This document shows, piece by piece, positions 45,955-54,986 of a stretch of 60,347 nucleotides of DNA. Below the pieces are notes generated by a model. The model saw only the letters and a list, made by a program, of their open reading frames with translations. It ran no database searches and was not told where the DNA came from. Every line of letters begins with the position of its first letter. The stretch's first letter is position 1. Made by a program: the position numbers and the translations under genes. This DNA comes from a virus (Duplodnaviria > Caudoviricetes): IMG/VR virus record IMGVR_UViG_3300015242_000026, positions 1 to 60,347 of that record, one strand, 5' to 3'.

Positions 45955-46373
45955 TGGAGACGTTGCGGATTAAGCCGTCACGCGGGTATGGCGCCCCGCA
46001 TGCCATGTTCGCTGGCGATGGCCTGGCATTGACCATCGCGCTGGGTCGCGTGCCGGCGCATTCGCCGTATCGAGCGGGTGACTGGGTCCAATGCCACGGC
46101 TATCCCGGATACCCGGCAGGTCCGCAGCAGTGGGGTTTCCGCGGTTTCGTCCTGGCCGGGATGGGTTCCACGATTCTGCGTGGCCTGACTGACGACGGCC
46201 GGGAATGGGCGGAGCACTGGGGTGCTCTCGTGCCGGACGGTACGCGGGAGCGGTCCCACGCCATCTGCGTGTGCTGCCCTCGCGTCCGGCGACGGTCGGC
46301 GCGTAAGGCGGAGCAACTCGACCTGCTCGGCCTCGCTGATCTTTTCTCGTTCGACTCGAAAGGCGAAAATTGA
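45951..46373 (+). CDS. Hypothetical protein
   Basis: Coupled; RBS GGAGG. Confidence 0.6.
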   Translation: MMETLRIKPSRGYGAPHAMFAGDGLALTIALGRVPAHSPYRAGDWVQCHGYPGYPAGPQQWGFRGFVLAGMGSTILRGLTDDGREWAEHWGALVPDGTRERSHAICVCCPRVRRRSARKAEQLDLLGLADLFSFDSKGEN

Positions 46374-46876
46374 TGACCGAATTGTCCACAGTGGCGGCCG
46401 GCGACCTGGACGTGGTCCCCGATAACGACTGGCCCCACAACGATCTGACCCCGGCGGAGCTCGCCGCGATCGAAACGGACCCGCACGTGTCGTTCTGCCG
46501 GGAACCTCGAGGGTTATGCGTCCCGTGCATGGAGGCGTTCCGGGCAGTCCGGAGGATTCTGCTGGCGGCTCGCCCCCTGATCGATGAGGAGATCCTGGAG
46601 GCGGCGGCGCTCGCCCAGGCGGACGAGCACCGCCGGCTGGCCGTTCAAGGTCTGCTGCTGCCGCCGGGTGCGCAGCGCCGCGTCCAGGTGATGATCACCT
46701 GGGTATACGCGGACGGTACAACCGTCGAGTGGGGCCCGGCCACCCTAGAAGATGCCCGGGAGCTGGTGAAGGAACCTCCTGACGCTGCGATGTCGGGGGA
46801 GATCCGCACTCGGGACCACTGGGCAGGGCCGTGGAGTGTTGTGGAGCCCGTGGAGGTTCCCGATGCTCCGCGATGA
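46373..46876 (+). CDS. Hypothetical protein
   Basis: Coupled. Confidence 0.6.
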   Translation: MTELSTVAAGDLDVVPDNDWPHNDLTPAELAAIETDPHVSFCREPRGLCVPCMEAFRAVRRILLAARPLIDEEILEAAALAQADEHRRLAVQGLLLPPGAQRRVQVMITWVYADGTTVEWGPATLEDARELVKEPPDAAMSGEIRTRDHWAGPWSVVEPVEVPDAPR

Positions 46877-47279
46877 CGTCAACAGTGCGTTGGTACAACT
46901 CGGCAAGCGGGCCACCGAGGAGCAGGCGCGCCTCCGCGTGCTGGCGCGCTGTCTTGTGCTGGACGAGATCTGCGCCGAGCGGGCCGGGCAGGACGAGAAG
47001 TGGGGCCAGCAGGACCACCCCGACGGTACCGGCCCGGATCTCGTATGGATGGCCGCTGAATCCCGCGATGAGGCCCGGACCCAGTGTGACGACAGGTTCG
47101 CCCGCGGCGCCGGCACTTGGATGGACATCCTTGAGGAAGAAGTATCCGAGGCGTTCGCCGAGTCTGACCCGCCGTACCTGCGCGCCGAGCTGGTCCAGGT
47201 GGCCGCGGTGGCGGTGGCGTGGATTGAAGCGATCGATCGCCGGTTGGCCGCCGAGCCAGTGGAGGTTCCTGGTGGCTAG
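46863..47279 (+). CDS. MazG-like all-alpha NTP pyrophosphohydrolase
   Basis: EEVSEA and ELVQVAAVAVAWIE. Confidence 0.75.
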   Translation: MLRDDVNSALVQLGKRATEEQARLRVLARCLVLDEICAERAGQDEKWGQQDHPDGTGPDLVWMAAESRDEARTQCDDRFARGAGTWMDILEEEVSEAFAESDPPYLRAELVQVAAVAVAWIEAIDRRLAAEPVEVPGG

Positions 47280-47715
47280 CCGAACCAAGCGCCGCAGGGT
47301 ATGGGTGGTGTCCGACGCGGGGTCCGACGACTGTTCGGCGCTCAATGTCTTCGAGCGCGAGGCAGACGCGCGGGAGGCTGTCGACGCGGGGTATGGCGCC
47401 GACGTTCAGGGGCGGGTCCTACATGGGCCCGGCGATGTGCCTGCGAGGCGGGTCCGCTGGTCGGGGTCGTCGTCGATCGGTCCTGATGGCAGCGTGCCCG
47501 CGACGCCGAGTGTTTTCCCGACGAACGTCTGGGATGAGGGCATGGTCTCACGGCGTACCCGGCCGAGCGTGATCGTCACCGACGACGCGGCCGGCGTCGG
47601 GTGGACGGTGGTCCAGGTGAGCGGCTGGGGCGAGGCGGCGGCGTTGAAGGCCCTGACGGGTCGGGTCGCGAAGATCCGCGCGGAGCGCATCGAACCCGCA
47701 GAGGTGACGTCGTGA
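47272..47715 (+). CDS. Hypothetical protein
   Basis: RBS GGAGG before GTG 47272. Confidence 0.55.
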   Translation: MASRTKRRRVWVVSDAGSDDCSALNVFEREADAREAVDAGYGADVQGRVLHGPGDVPARRVRWSGSSSIGPDGSVPATPSVFPTNVWDEGMVSRRTRPSVIVTDDAAGVGWTVVQVSGWGEAAALKALTGRVAKIRAERIEPAEVTS

Positions 47716-47939
47716 TACGGCACAGGATCTGGCCGGTGGAGGTCTGCTCGGTCTGTGGGGAGTACCGACACGTTCGCGGTGACGGGAAAGTCCGCATGCA
47801 CGCAGCTGCACCGGGGCGGCCGGCCAGCTCGCAGACCTGCGAAGGGTCGGGGCGTCCACCCTCGGAGGTACCTGGTGGTCTGACTGCCGTCGAGTATTTG
47901 GCCCGCCACAAGAAGGCGAAGGAGACAGCCGATGGCTAG
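47712..47939 (+). CDS. Small zinc-finger-like protein
   Basis: CSVCG..H..CEGSG. Confidence 0.6.
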   Translation: MIRHRIWPVEVCSVCGEYRHVRGDGKVRMHAAAPGRPASSQTCEGSGRPPSEVPGGLTAVEYLARHKKAKETADG

Positions 47940-48103
47940 GTCAGCGATTTGGCCGTCAGGGATCTGCTCGGTGTGCGGCGTGCGTCGTCAGGTCCGCGGC
48001 GACGGGTTCATCCGTAGCCATGTTGTTCCGGGGATGTCGGCGCGGTCGAAGCTGACCTGCGGGGGTTCCGGGCGTCCGCCGGTGCGTTCGAAGGGGCAGG
48101 CCG

Positions 48104-48295
48104 ATGCCTGACGCGTGGGACGTGATCCAGGATGCGATTGCCCGGCCGTGGACGGTGGTCCCTTCGGTGCCGATGGTGACGGAATCGGTCATCAACTGGC
48201 AGGCCGACGCGGTTGTGGCTGCTCTCGGGGAGGCCGGCTACGTCGTGCTTCCCCCGTCACGTACTGCTGCCAGAAACGGCGGTTCCGATGCCTGA
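48104..48295 (+). CDS. Hypothetical protein
   Basis: ADAVVAALGEAGY. Confidence 0.55.
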   Translation: MPDAWDVIQDAIARPWTVVPSVPMVTESVINWQADAVVAALGEAGYVVLPPSRTAARNGGSDA

Positions 48296-48560
48296 CCTAT
48301 CTCCGGGTCTGGTAGCCCAGATCGATCAGGTGTACGCGGCGTCGCTCGCCGATCTCCAAGACATCCTCGATGAGGTGGCGCCGTGGATGGCGCGCGGACC
48401 AGGGGTCGCCACGACGTATGCGGCGACAATGCTGCTCCGTTCTGGCTGGACTGAGGAGCAGCTGGCCGGCCTGGCGGCCACCGCGATCGCTGAGTTGATC
48501 CGCGCTCGTGCTGCTGCCGTAGTAGAGCCCGAAACGATCGAGGGGCGCTCCGATGTCTAG
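48288..48560 (+). CDS. Hypothetical protein
   Basis: Coupled. Confidence 0.55.
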   Translation: MPDLSPGLVAQIDQVYAASLADLQDILDEVAPWMARGPGVATTYAATMLLRSGWTEEQLAGLAATAIAELIRARAAAVVEPETIEGRSDV

Positions 48561-48819
48561 TCAGCATCGTTCCGGGCGTCGGTCCGGCTGGCGTAGGGGC
48601 AGGTCGGTCGATCCGGCGGCGGTGTTCCGGGCGGTGGGTGCCGAACGGATGCCGTTGACGTCGGCGGAGCGTACCGAGGCGGTGCGCCAGCTGACCGCTG
48701 AGCGGCTGTCGATCAATGAGACGGCCCGACGTCTGGGTTTGGCCGCCCGGACCGTTACACGTCATCGTGCTGCGGCCCGGCGGAGCGAGAAGACCGGTGC
48801 GGGGTGCTCCGATGGCTGA
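48553..48819 (+). CDS. HTH protein
   Basis: LSINETARRLGLAARTVTRHR. Confidence 0.75.
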   Translation: MSSQHRSGRRSGWRRGRSVDPAAVFRAVGAERMPLTSAERTEAVRQLTAERLSINETARRLGLAARTVTRHRAAARRSEKTGAGCSDG

Positions 48820-49462
48820 CGTGGAGATCCCGGCGAGTTGTTCCGGCCGGCCGACGGTCGGTGGGGTGGTGGCACCGTTCGTGAATATCCGGCTTGCTGA
48901 TGGTGGGGTGGATTTCCGCACCCCGCATCAGGGCACGTACGAGCGGTGTTGGCGGGAGAACCTGTGTCAGACGTGCGGCTGTCCGGTCGGTCCGTTGGCG
49001 GTGCTGTTCGGCGGCCCTAGGCAGGTCCGTGAACGCCGGTTCGATGAGCCTCCGCTGTGTCCTCCGTGCGCCGTGTACGCGTCGCAGGTGTGCCCGATGG
49101 TCGCTGGCCGACTGGCCCGGTACGCGTCCCGGGCGCGGCTATCGGAGGGCGCCAGGGGTCATGTCTGCCCGGATGCGGCCTGTTCATGTGGGGGGTTCGT
49201 CGCCTCGGATCCGGACGCCTATGACGCTTCGGGTGATCCAGCGCATCCCTGGTACGCCGTGTACGTGCGCACCAACGGCTGGCGACTCGTCGGGCATTGG
49301 GTGACGGGGCCCTGCTCGGATCGGGGTTGTCTGCACGACCGGCTGCTGGTCAACGGCTGCCAGTTGATCGAGGTGCCGCGCAAGGTGGTGCTCGTGTCAG
49401 CACCCGGCGAGGGTCGGGTCTGGCGGCGGCTGACCGCTGACGAGGTGGGTGCCATTAGCTGA
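48812..49462 (+). CDS. Cys-rich hypothetical protein
   Basis: LCQTCG and EPPLCPPCAVYASQVCP. Confidence 0.7.
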   Translation: MADVEIPASCSGRPTVGGVVAPFVNIRLADGGVDFRTPHQGTYERCWRENLCQTCGCPVGPLAVLFGGPRQVRERRFDEPPLCPPCAVYASQVCPMVAGRLARYASRARLSEGARGHVCPDAACSCGGFVASDPDAYDASGDPAHPWYAVYVRTNGWRLVGHWVTGPCSDRGCLHDRLLVNGCQLIEVPRKVVLVSAPGEGRVWRRLTADEVGAIS

Positions 49463-49569
49463 TCTACCTGGACAGATACGGCGCGGACACCCGATCTTGG
49501 AGGTGTTCGCGCCGAGGCGTAACCCGATGATCCATTGAGTAAGATCGATAGCTGAGACGAGGAGCCTGG

Positions 49570-50487
49570 GTGTCCGTCAAGGTCATGGCCTGGGTATGGG
49601 AGCACTCCCATTCGAGGCTGTCCGCCCGGCTGGTGTTGCTGGCCATCGCTGACCATGCCAACGGCGACGGCATCGACGCGTTTCCCTCGAATCCGCAGCT
49701 GATGATGAAGACGGGGCTCAGTGAACGTGCGGTGCGGTGCGCGGTGGCCGAGCTGGTGGACCTGGGGGAGTTGCACGTCTCGGTGGGCGGCGGGCGGGGT
49801 AACCCGAATCGGTACCGGGTACTGATGCCGGATCGTTCAGCCGAGGCGCCCGCCGCGCAATCGAACCCGGCAGATATTGCCCCCTATGTGGACGGAAACC
49901 CGGCAGATAAAACCCCGTATAGCGTTAACCCGGCAGAGTTAACCCCGTATTCGACGCAGGAAACGGGGCAGAATCCGTCAACAAACCCGGCAGAATCTGC
50001 CCCCGGAACCAAAAGACAACCAAGAGCAACCACCAAGCACTCCCCTTCGGGGAGTGCCGCGCCTGCGCCCGCACGTACGCGTACACGCACGCGAGGGACC
50101 CGCATCCCGCCTGGCTTCGCTCTCGACGAGGACATGCGGGCCTGGGCCTACGCCGACGCCACCCAGGCCCGTTCATCGCCGCCGGACCCAACCGCGTTCA
50201 TGGACTGGCTCGACCGGCACACCGAGCAATTCCGCGATCACTGGACCGGCAAGGACGGGTCCAATGCGGTCAAGCTCGACTGGACCGCGACGTGGCGAAA
50301 CTGGATCCGCAAAGAGATCGACCTGATCGCCCAGCGAGCGGCCCAGCCCGGTACGGCCATCGCACGCTACGGCGGCCCCAACACCCACAAATCGTCCACA
50401 ACGGACCAACGCGTCGCCGCGGGCCTCGCCCTCGCCGAGCAGCTCGAGGCCAACCCCGACCTGGCGCAACTGGAGGCCCCCCGATGA
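49570..50487 (+). CDS. Replication initiator (wHTH, lambda O-like)
   Basis: RLVLLAIAD..AFPS..TGLSER; DWTATWRNW; internal iterons. Confidence 0.85.
   Translation: MSVKVMAWVWEHSHSRLSARLVLLAIADHANGDGIDAFPSNPQLMMKTGLSERAVRCAVAELVDLGELHVSVGGGRGNPNRYRVLMPDRSAEAPAAQSNPADIAPYVDGNPADKTPYSVNPAELTPYSTQETGQNPSTNPAESAPGTKRQPRATTKHSPSGSAAPAPARTRTRTRGTRIPPGFALDEDMRAWAYADATQARSSPPDPTAFMDWLDRHTEQFRDHWTGKDGSNAVKLDWTATWRNWIRKEIDLIAQRAAQPGTAIARYGGPNTHKSSTTDQRVAAGLALAEQLEANPDLAQLEAPR
49864..49994 (+). repeat. Iterons AACCCGGCAGA x4 plus one variant (likely origin)
   Basis: Copies at 49864, 49897, 49927, 49984; AACGGGGCAGA at 49962. Confidence 0.85.
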
Positions 50488-50969
50488 CACCCGCTGACAC
50501 CGCCCGCGTGCTGTCGAAGGCAGCCGCCTTCGATCAACGCACGATCGGCGCCGCTGACGTGGCCGCGTGGCACGAGGCGATCGGCGACCTCGAGGCCGCC
50601 GACGCCCTGGCCGCAGTGACCCGACACTTCCAACGGACCGACCAGCGGGTCATGCCGTCGCACATCCGGCGCCTGGCCGCCGAGATCGCCCGTGAGCGGC
50701 GCCGGGCGCTGCGCGAGGCCGCCGAGGCGCGGGCGTTGGAATCCGAGCGGTCCGAGCGGCGTACCGACCGTAGGGCGGAGGTCGCCGCGCTGGTCGAGCA
50801 GGTCCGCGGCATCCTCCCGCCGGCCGACGTCGAGGTTCTGCGGCCACGGGCCGCGCACTGGGGCCGTGAGCATCGTGCCTACCGCCGATACGTCGAGGGT
50901 GTACCGAACCCGCACTACGACCCCAGCGCGGTGTACGAGGAACCCGATGGCCGCAAGGGGCAGCGATGA
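50484..50969 (+). CDS. Putative helicase loader/inhibitor
   Basis: Follows the initiator; VAAWHEAIGDL and MPSHI. Confidence 0.6.
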   Translation: MTPADTARVLSKAAAFDQRTIGAADVAAWHEAIGDLEAADALAAVTRHFQRTDQRVMPSHIRRLAAEIARERRRALREAAEARALESERSERRTDRRAEVAALVEQVRGILPPADVEVLRPRAAHWGREHRAYRRYVEGVPNPHYDPSAVYEEPDGRKGQR

Positions 50970-51379
50970 GCATCTACGTCACCACGATCAGCATCGACTC
51001 GGTTGATCACGCCGATGGCTGTACCCGGCTGAAGCTGATCGCAGGGTTCGAAAACACCTACGAGGACGACCCTGACCAGCCGTGCAGCTGCAACGCGGGC
51101 CCACTCATCTACGAGGCGAGCCACATCCTGCCGACACCTGACGGCAAGCGTGGCGGCTGCTTCGACCTGGCCGCGATCCCCGGGTTCATTTCCATGCCCG
51201 GCCGCCCGGCGATCGGAACCCTCGACGATGACCGGCCGTACTGGCCGTGGCTGAGGGTCGGCGTCAAGGTGGCCGCTCGGGCCTCATGGTCGGCGGTGGT
51301 GTTGACCCGGTTGCAGGTGGCCGAGGTATATGCGGAGCTCGGCGAATGGCTGGCTGCGACAGGCGAGAAGGAGGATTGA
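50966..51379 (+). CDS. Hypothetical protein
   Basis: Coupled. Confidence 0.65.
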   Translation: MSIYVTTISIDSVDHADGCTRLKLIAGFENTYEDDPDQPCSCNAGPLIYEASHILPTPDGKRGGCFDLAAIPGFISMPGRPAIGTLDDDRPYWPWLRVGVKVAARASWSAVVLTRLQVAEVYAELGEWLAATGEKED

Positions 51380-51381
51380 TC

Positions 51382-51996
51382 ATGGATGGGATGACACCTG
51401 GCCGTGAGGTGTATGTGGCAGCGGCAGCTGCGTATGCCGATGAGTTCGCCATCCTGGCGGTGTCCGGACTTGTCGAGCGCCTGAGGTCGACAGTCGATGT
51501 CGCGTACCGAGCCGGCCGGGAGGACGCTGCTCGGGACATTGAGGCGGCGGTCGTTGCTGGTGCGCTGATCCCGGAGTGGGCCCGCGACGGCAATGTTCCT
51601 CCGACCGCCGCCGCGCTTCGTGCGTGGGCTGCTCAGCTTGCCCGCGGTGAGGGGGGCGACTGCTCATGCCCTGAGCACGACGTGACGACGCTCGGTGAGC
51701 CGAGACGTACATGGCTGCCGAGCGTGAATCCGGATTGCTCGATCCACGGGAGGAGCTCGACCGGCGGCCAAGGAGCCGTCGTCCGGGACGAGGTGGTCAT
51801 CCGTGGTGAGTTGGATATCGCCACTCTGGTGATGGCGTTGGATCGGGTGACGGAGTCAGGCGCTCGGTCCGAGCGCAGTGCAGCGGCCGACTTGCTGGGT
51901 CGGCTGGGTGCGGTGATGGGTTCGGATGCGAGGTATCGGTTCAGGGGTAGTGGCCTAGGACGATCTGAGCAGAGTGGTCAGGGGAACACTCCATGA
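51382..51996 (+). CDS. Hypothetical protein
   Basis: RBS GGAGG. Confidence 0.5.
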   Translation: MDGMTPGREVYVAAAAAYADEFAILAVSGLVERLRSTVDVAYRAGREDAARDIEAAVVAGALIPEWARDGNVPPTAAALRAWAAQLARGEGGDCSCPEHDVTTLGEPRRTWLPSVNPDCSIHGRSSTGGQGAVVRDEVVIRGELDIATLVMALDRVTESGARSERSAAADLLGRLGAVMGSDARYRFRGSGLGRSEQSGQGNTP

Positions 51997-52751
51997 CCAC
52001 CGAACGGTGCGCGGCCGCCGAGCGCTGTACACGCTTCGACCGCCGTGAGCAGTTGGCGGGTGTGACGGAGACGGGGCCGTTGTGTGAGGGCTGCCTCCTC
52101 GCGGGCGAATTGGCGGTGCCTGCCCTGGTGCTGGACTTCCGGGACTTGGAGCAGCAGATTCCTGTCGGGCTGGGTATGCGCGGTGACGGACGTGGGTCGG
52201 GTGATCCGTCGGTACCGATGCGTCTGGATGTCGCTGCGCTACAGGATGAGATCTGGTGGCTGGCGACGGCGTGGGAAGAGATCGTGCGGGACATGGACCG
52301 GTTGTCCACTCCGGAGCTGCGATGGGCGGCCCACGAGTCGGCGCCGGCGCCGAGGCTGCTACGGGGTGTGGAGGTCCAGCGCGCTGTCGGCATCCTCGCG
52401 CATCGGGTACGGCAACTGTCACGAGTTCCGTCGCAGCAGTTCTGGCGCTACCCGCCCACGGACGGCTGGTCGGAGGTCAGCGGCGCGCAGGGCCTCGTCG
52501 ACCTGACCCGGGCGCACCGGCGGGCGATGGCTGTCCAAGGGCTGAACGAGGCCCGACCGGAGCCGTGTGCCGGGGTGCCGTGTCGGGTGTGTGATCTGAA
52601 GGCGCTGTTTCGGGAGCCGGGTGAGGACTGGGTCCGGTGCGGCTCCTGCGGCGCCCACTACTCGGCGACGGACTACCGGACCTGGACACGGCTGGTCAGC
52701 GCGCACGCGGTACGGACCGACACGCCGCAGGCCGACAGCTTGCCGTTGTGA
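51993..52751 (+). CDS. Zinc-finger protein at the end of the early arm (possible late regulator)
   Basis: LCEGC, CRVC and CGSCG. Confidence 0.7.
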   Translation: MTTERCAAAERCTRFDRREQLAGVTETGPLCEGCLLAGELAVPALVLDFRDLEQQIPVGLGMRGDGRGSGDPSVPMRLDVAALQDEIWWLATAWEEIVRDMDRLSTPELRWAAHESAPAPRLLRGVEVQRAVGILAHRVRQLSRVPSQQFWRYPPTDGWSEVSGAQGLVDLTRAHRRAMAVQGLNEARPEPCAGVPCRVCDLKALFREPGEDWVRCGSCGAHYSATDYRTWTRLVSAHAVRTDTPQADSLPL

Positions 52752-52791
52752 TCACATAGGTTTACCTTGTCCGTACCACGACTGTGTCCAC

Positions 52792-52828
52792 GCAGCCCCA
52801 ACCCTTCATCTGGTTGGGGCTTCGCTGC
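52792..52828 (+). terminator. Hairpin after the early arm
   Basis: AGCCCCAACC...GGTTGGGGCT. Confidence 0.55.
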
Positions 52829-52847
52829 GTTCGGAGGTGGGATTGCG

Positions 52848-53051
52848 GTGAACCTGGATGCCGAGGTCACCGCGGTCGAGGCGGCCGGCGTGCTCGGGGT
52901 GGACCGTCATCTGATCTACACCTGGCGGGCACTGGGCAAGGTCACGTCGGTTGGTAGTGGACGGTCACGTCGGTACCGGTGGGGTGACCTGCTGGCAGTA
53001 GAGGCGAGGACCCGGCAGTCCGACCCGGCGGGCCAGCGAAGGACGGCGTGA
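52848..53051 (+). CDS. MerR-like HTH protein
   Basis: EAAGVLGVDRHLIYTWRALG. Confidence 0.75.
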   Translation: MNLDAEVTAVEAAGVLGVDRHLIYTWRALGKVTSVGSGRSRRYRWGDLLAVEARTRQSDPAGQRRTA

Positions 53052-53149
53052 CGCCCCCACGCCCCCCGCTCCGACCCTGTACCGCGCGGCACCATCGCCC
53101 GCCTGAACCCCATGCCCACGCCGGCCACGCAGCGACCAAGAGGAGAACC

Positions 53150-53635
53150 ATGACCACAGTTGAAGCGGTATCGGCGAACGGCACCGGCTGCCCCGGAGCA
53201 ACCCCTACTGCGGACCTCGTCGGGGACACGGTCGAGGTCACGATTCCCGGTTTCACCGTGAAGCGGGGTACCGGCGCGACGCCGACCGAGTTCCGTAAGA
53301 ACTGCCAGTTCTCCCTGCGTGTCACTGACCCCCGGCGTTTCGCGCTGGCCGGGGTTGACACCGAGGGCACGCTTGACATCCACTCCGGCACCACCGCGAA
53401 GTTGACGATCAAGTATTACTTCCAAGGCGCAGCCAGCACCTCGCTGATCCACAGCTTCACCGGCCCGGAAACCGGTGGCTGGGCAGACAGCTCAGACGCC
53501 GCCGCGCTGGTGTACGGCGACGGCACGAAGTTGCTGAACGTCAACACGGAGCTGCTGCTCACCGGTACCGGGACTGCTGTGGACACGTTCAGCCTCGCGG
53601 CGCCGGTCATTGTCCGGCTCGCCTGGGAAGCCTGA
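53150..53635 (+). CDS. DUF4360-like protein without signal peptide
   Basis: ANGTGCP, FRKNCQ, YYFQG, LNVNTEL. Confidence 0.7.
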   Translation: MTTVEAVSANGTGCPGATPTADLVGDTVEVTIPGFTVKRGTGATPTEFRKNCQFSLRVTDPRRFALAGVDTEGTLDIHSGTTAKLTIKYYFQGAASTSLIHSFTGPETGGWADSSDAAALVYGDGTKLLNVNTELLLTGTGTAVDTFSLAAPVIVRLAWEA

Positions 53636-53680
53636 CCCCCTGGTCGAAATGGCGGGCGCGGCGGCGCTGTCCCGTGCGCC

Positions 53681-53938
53681 TTAGTCGACGGAGCCTTCCG
53701 GCTGTTCCGGCATGGTCGCCAACTGCTCTCGCGCGGCTTGCACCTCCGCGATGAACACGTCGAGCTTGGTCAGCGCGTCCGCCCGGTCCGGAGTGGAGAC
53801 GACCTCCCAGCTGTCGCATTGGTGCGGCAGTTGCACCAACCAGTGCATCGACCGGGCAATGCGCTTGAGCGCTGCGTCGTACGTGTTCTGGAGTCCTTGA
53901 CCGACCTCGAACTCGTACTCGCCACCCATTGACTTCAT
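53681..53938 (-). CDS. Antisense hypothetical protein, leaderless
   Basis: TAGGGT-N7-ATG; LPHQCDSWEV. Confidence 0.6.
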   Translation of the reverse strand: MKSMGGEYEFEVGQGLQNTYDAALKRIARSMHWLVQLPHQCDSWEVVSTPDRADALTKLDVFIAEVQAAREQLATMPEQPEGSVD

Positions 53939-53962
53939 GTCACCCACCCTAGGGAGCCGTCG

Positions 53963-54193
53963 ATGCCCGAGGACACCCCGATCGACCTCGACAAGCTCCG
54001 TTCGCTGGGCTTCCTGTCACGCGGGCGCACCGCACCACGGGTGCGGGAGTGGCGCTCCGATGACGGGGAACGCCACAAAGCGACGACCGACGAGCTGAAC
54101 TCGACGGTCACGCAGCATGCCCGCGGTGACCGCCAGGACGTCATGCTCCGGCCCGAAACCATCCGCAAACACATCTCGGAGCTGGTGCGATGA
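53963..54193 (+). CDS. Hypothetical protein
   Basis: RBS AGGGAG. Confidence 0.65.
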   Translation: MPEDTPIDLDKLRSLGFLSRGRTAPRVREWRSDDGERHKATTDELNSTVTQHARGDRQDVMLRPETIRKHISELVR

Positions 54194-54450
54194 AACAAGA
54201 TCCGGTACTCGTCGACCCGGACGGGCATCACCCGTACGCCAAAGAGCGAGCCCTCGACGCCGGGCTGTCCGGGGAGGTCGCCGACCTGTGCGAGCGGATC
54301 GTGATGGCCGAACGGGCTGTCCGGCTGACTCCGGGCGACGAGGTGGCCATGGCCGAGTACGAGGCCGCGGTGGCCGCAGCTCAGGCGTACAACGGGCCGC
54401 GACGAGCTACTGGGGTAGCTGTCGGCGGCGACGCGGTAAGGGTGGGCTGA
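54190..54450 (+). CDS. Hypothetical protein
   Basis: Coupled. Confidence 0.6.
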   Translation: MKQDPVLVDPDGHHPYAKERALDAGLSGEVADLCERIVMAERAVRLTPGDEVAMAEYEAAVAAAQAYNGPRRATGVAVGGDAVRVG

Positions 54451-54451
54451 C

Positions 54452-54967
54452 ATGGCGGTAACCAAGTCCGGCGCATATGTGCACACGTTCCAGGAGGCGC
54501 TCCGCGCGACCGCGATCACCGGCACCGGCGGCCTCGACCTGCGGTTAGCCACGGCGAAAATCGCGCTGATCTCCAACTCGGCGTCTGATGGTGTGGCGCC
54601 GATCAACTTCTCCGCGACCACGGTCGGCTGGGCCAACACCAACGAAGTGTCCGGGACCGGCTGGGCAACCGGCGGTGTCCTGTTGTCGGCGGCCGCGGCC
54701 GGTGCGACATCCGTCGTCCCGACCGTCGCGGAGGGAACCACCGGGTCGTTGCGCTACAACTGGACGTCCAGTTTGTCCGTCGCATCGACGACGCTTGTAG
54801 CGGCAGTCGGGGCAATCATCTACCTCGACTCGATCACCGCCCCCGCCGATTTGGTCGACGCCATGTTCCTGTTCATCTATTTCGGTGGTGCGTTCACCAC
54901 AACCGCCGGAACATTCGGGATCACCCCATCCGCGACGGGTCTACTCGAAGTGGATTACACCCCCTAA
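54452..54967 (+). CDS. Virion-type protein (KIAL..NEVSGTGW..GG)
   Basis: Composition and motifs of phage structural proteins. Confidence 0.7.
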   Translation: MAVTKSGAYVHTFQEALRATAITGTGGLDLRLATAKIALISNSASDGVAPINFSATTVGWANTNEVSGTGWATGGVLLSAAAAGATSVVPTVAEGTTGSLRYNWTSSLSVASTTLVAAVGAIIYLDSITAPADLVDAMFLFIYFGGAFTTTAGTFGITPSATGLLEVDYTP

Positions 54968-54986
54968 AAAGGGGGGGCGGGTTCCC

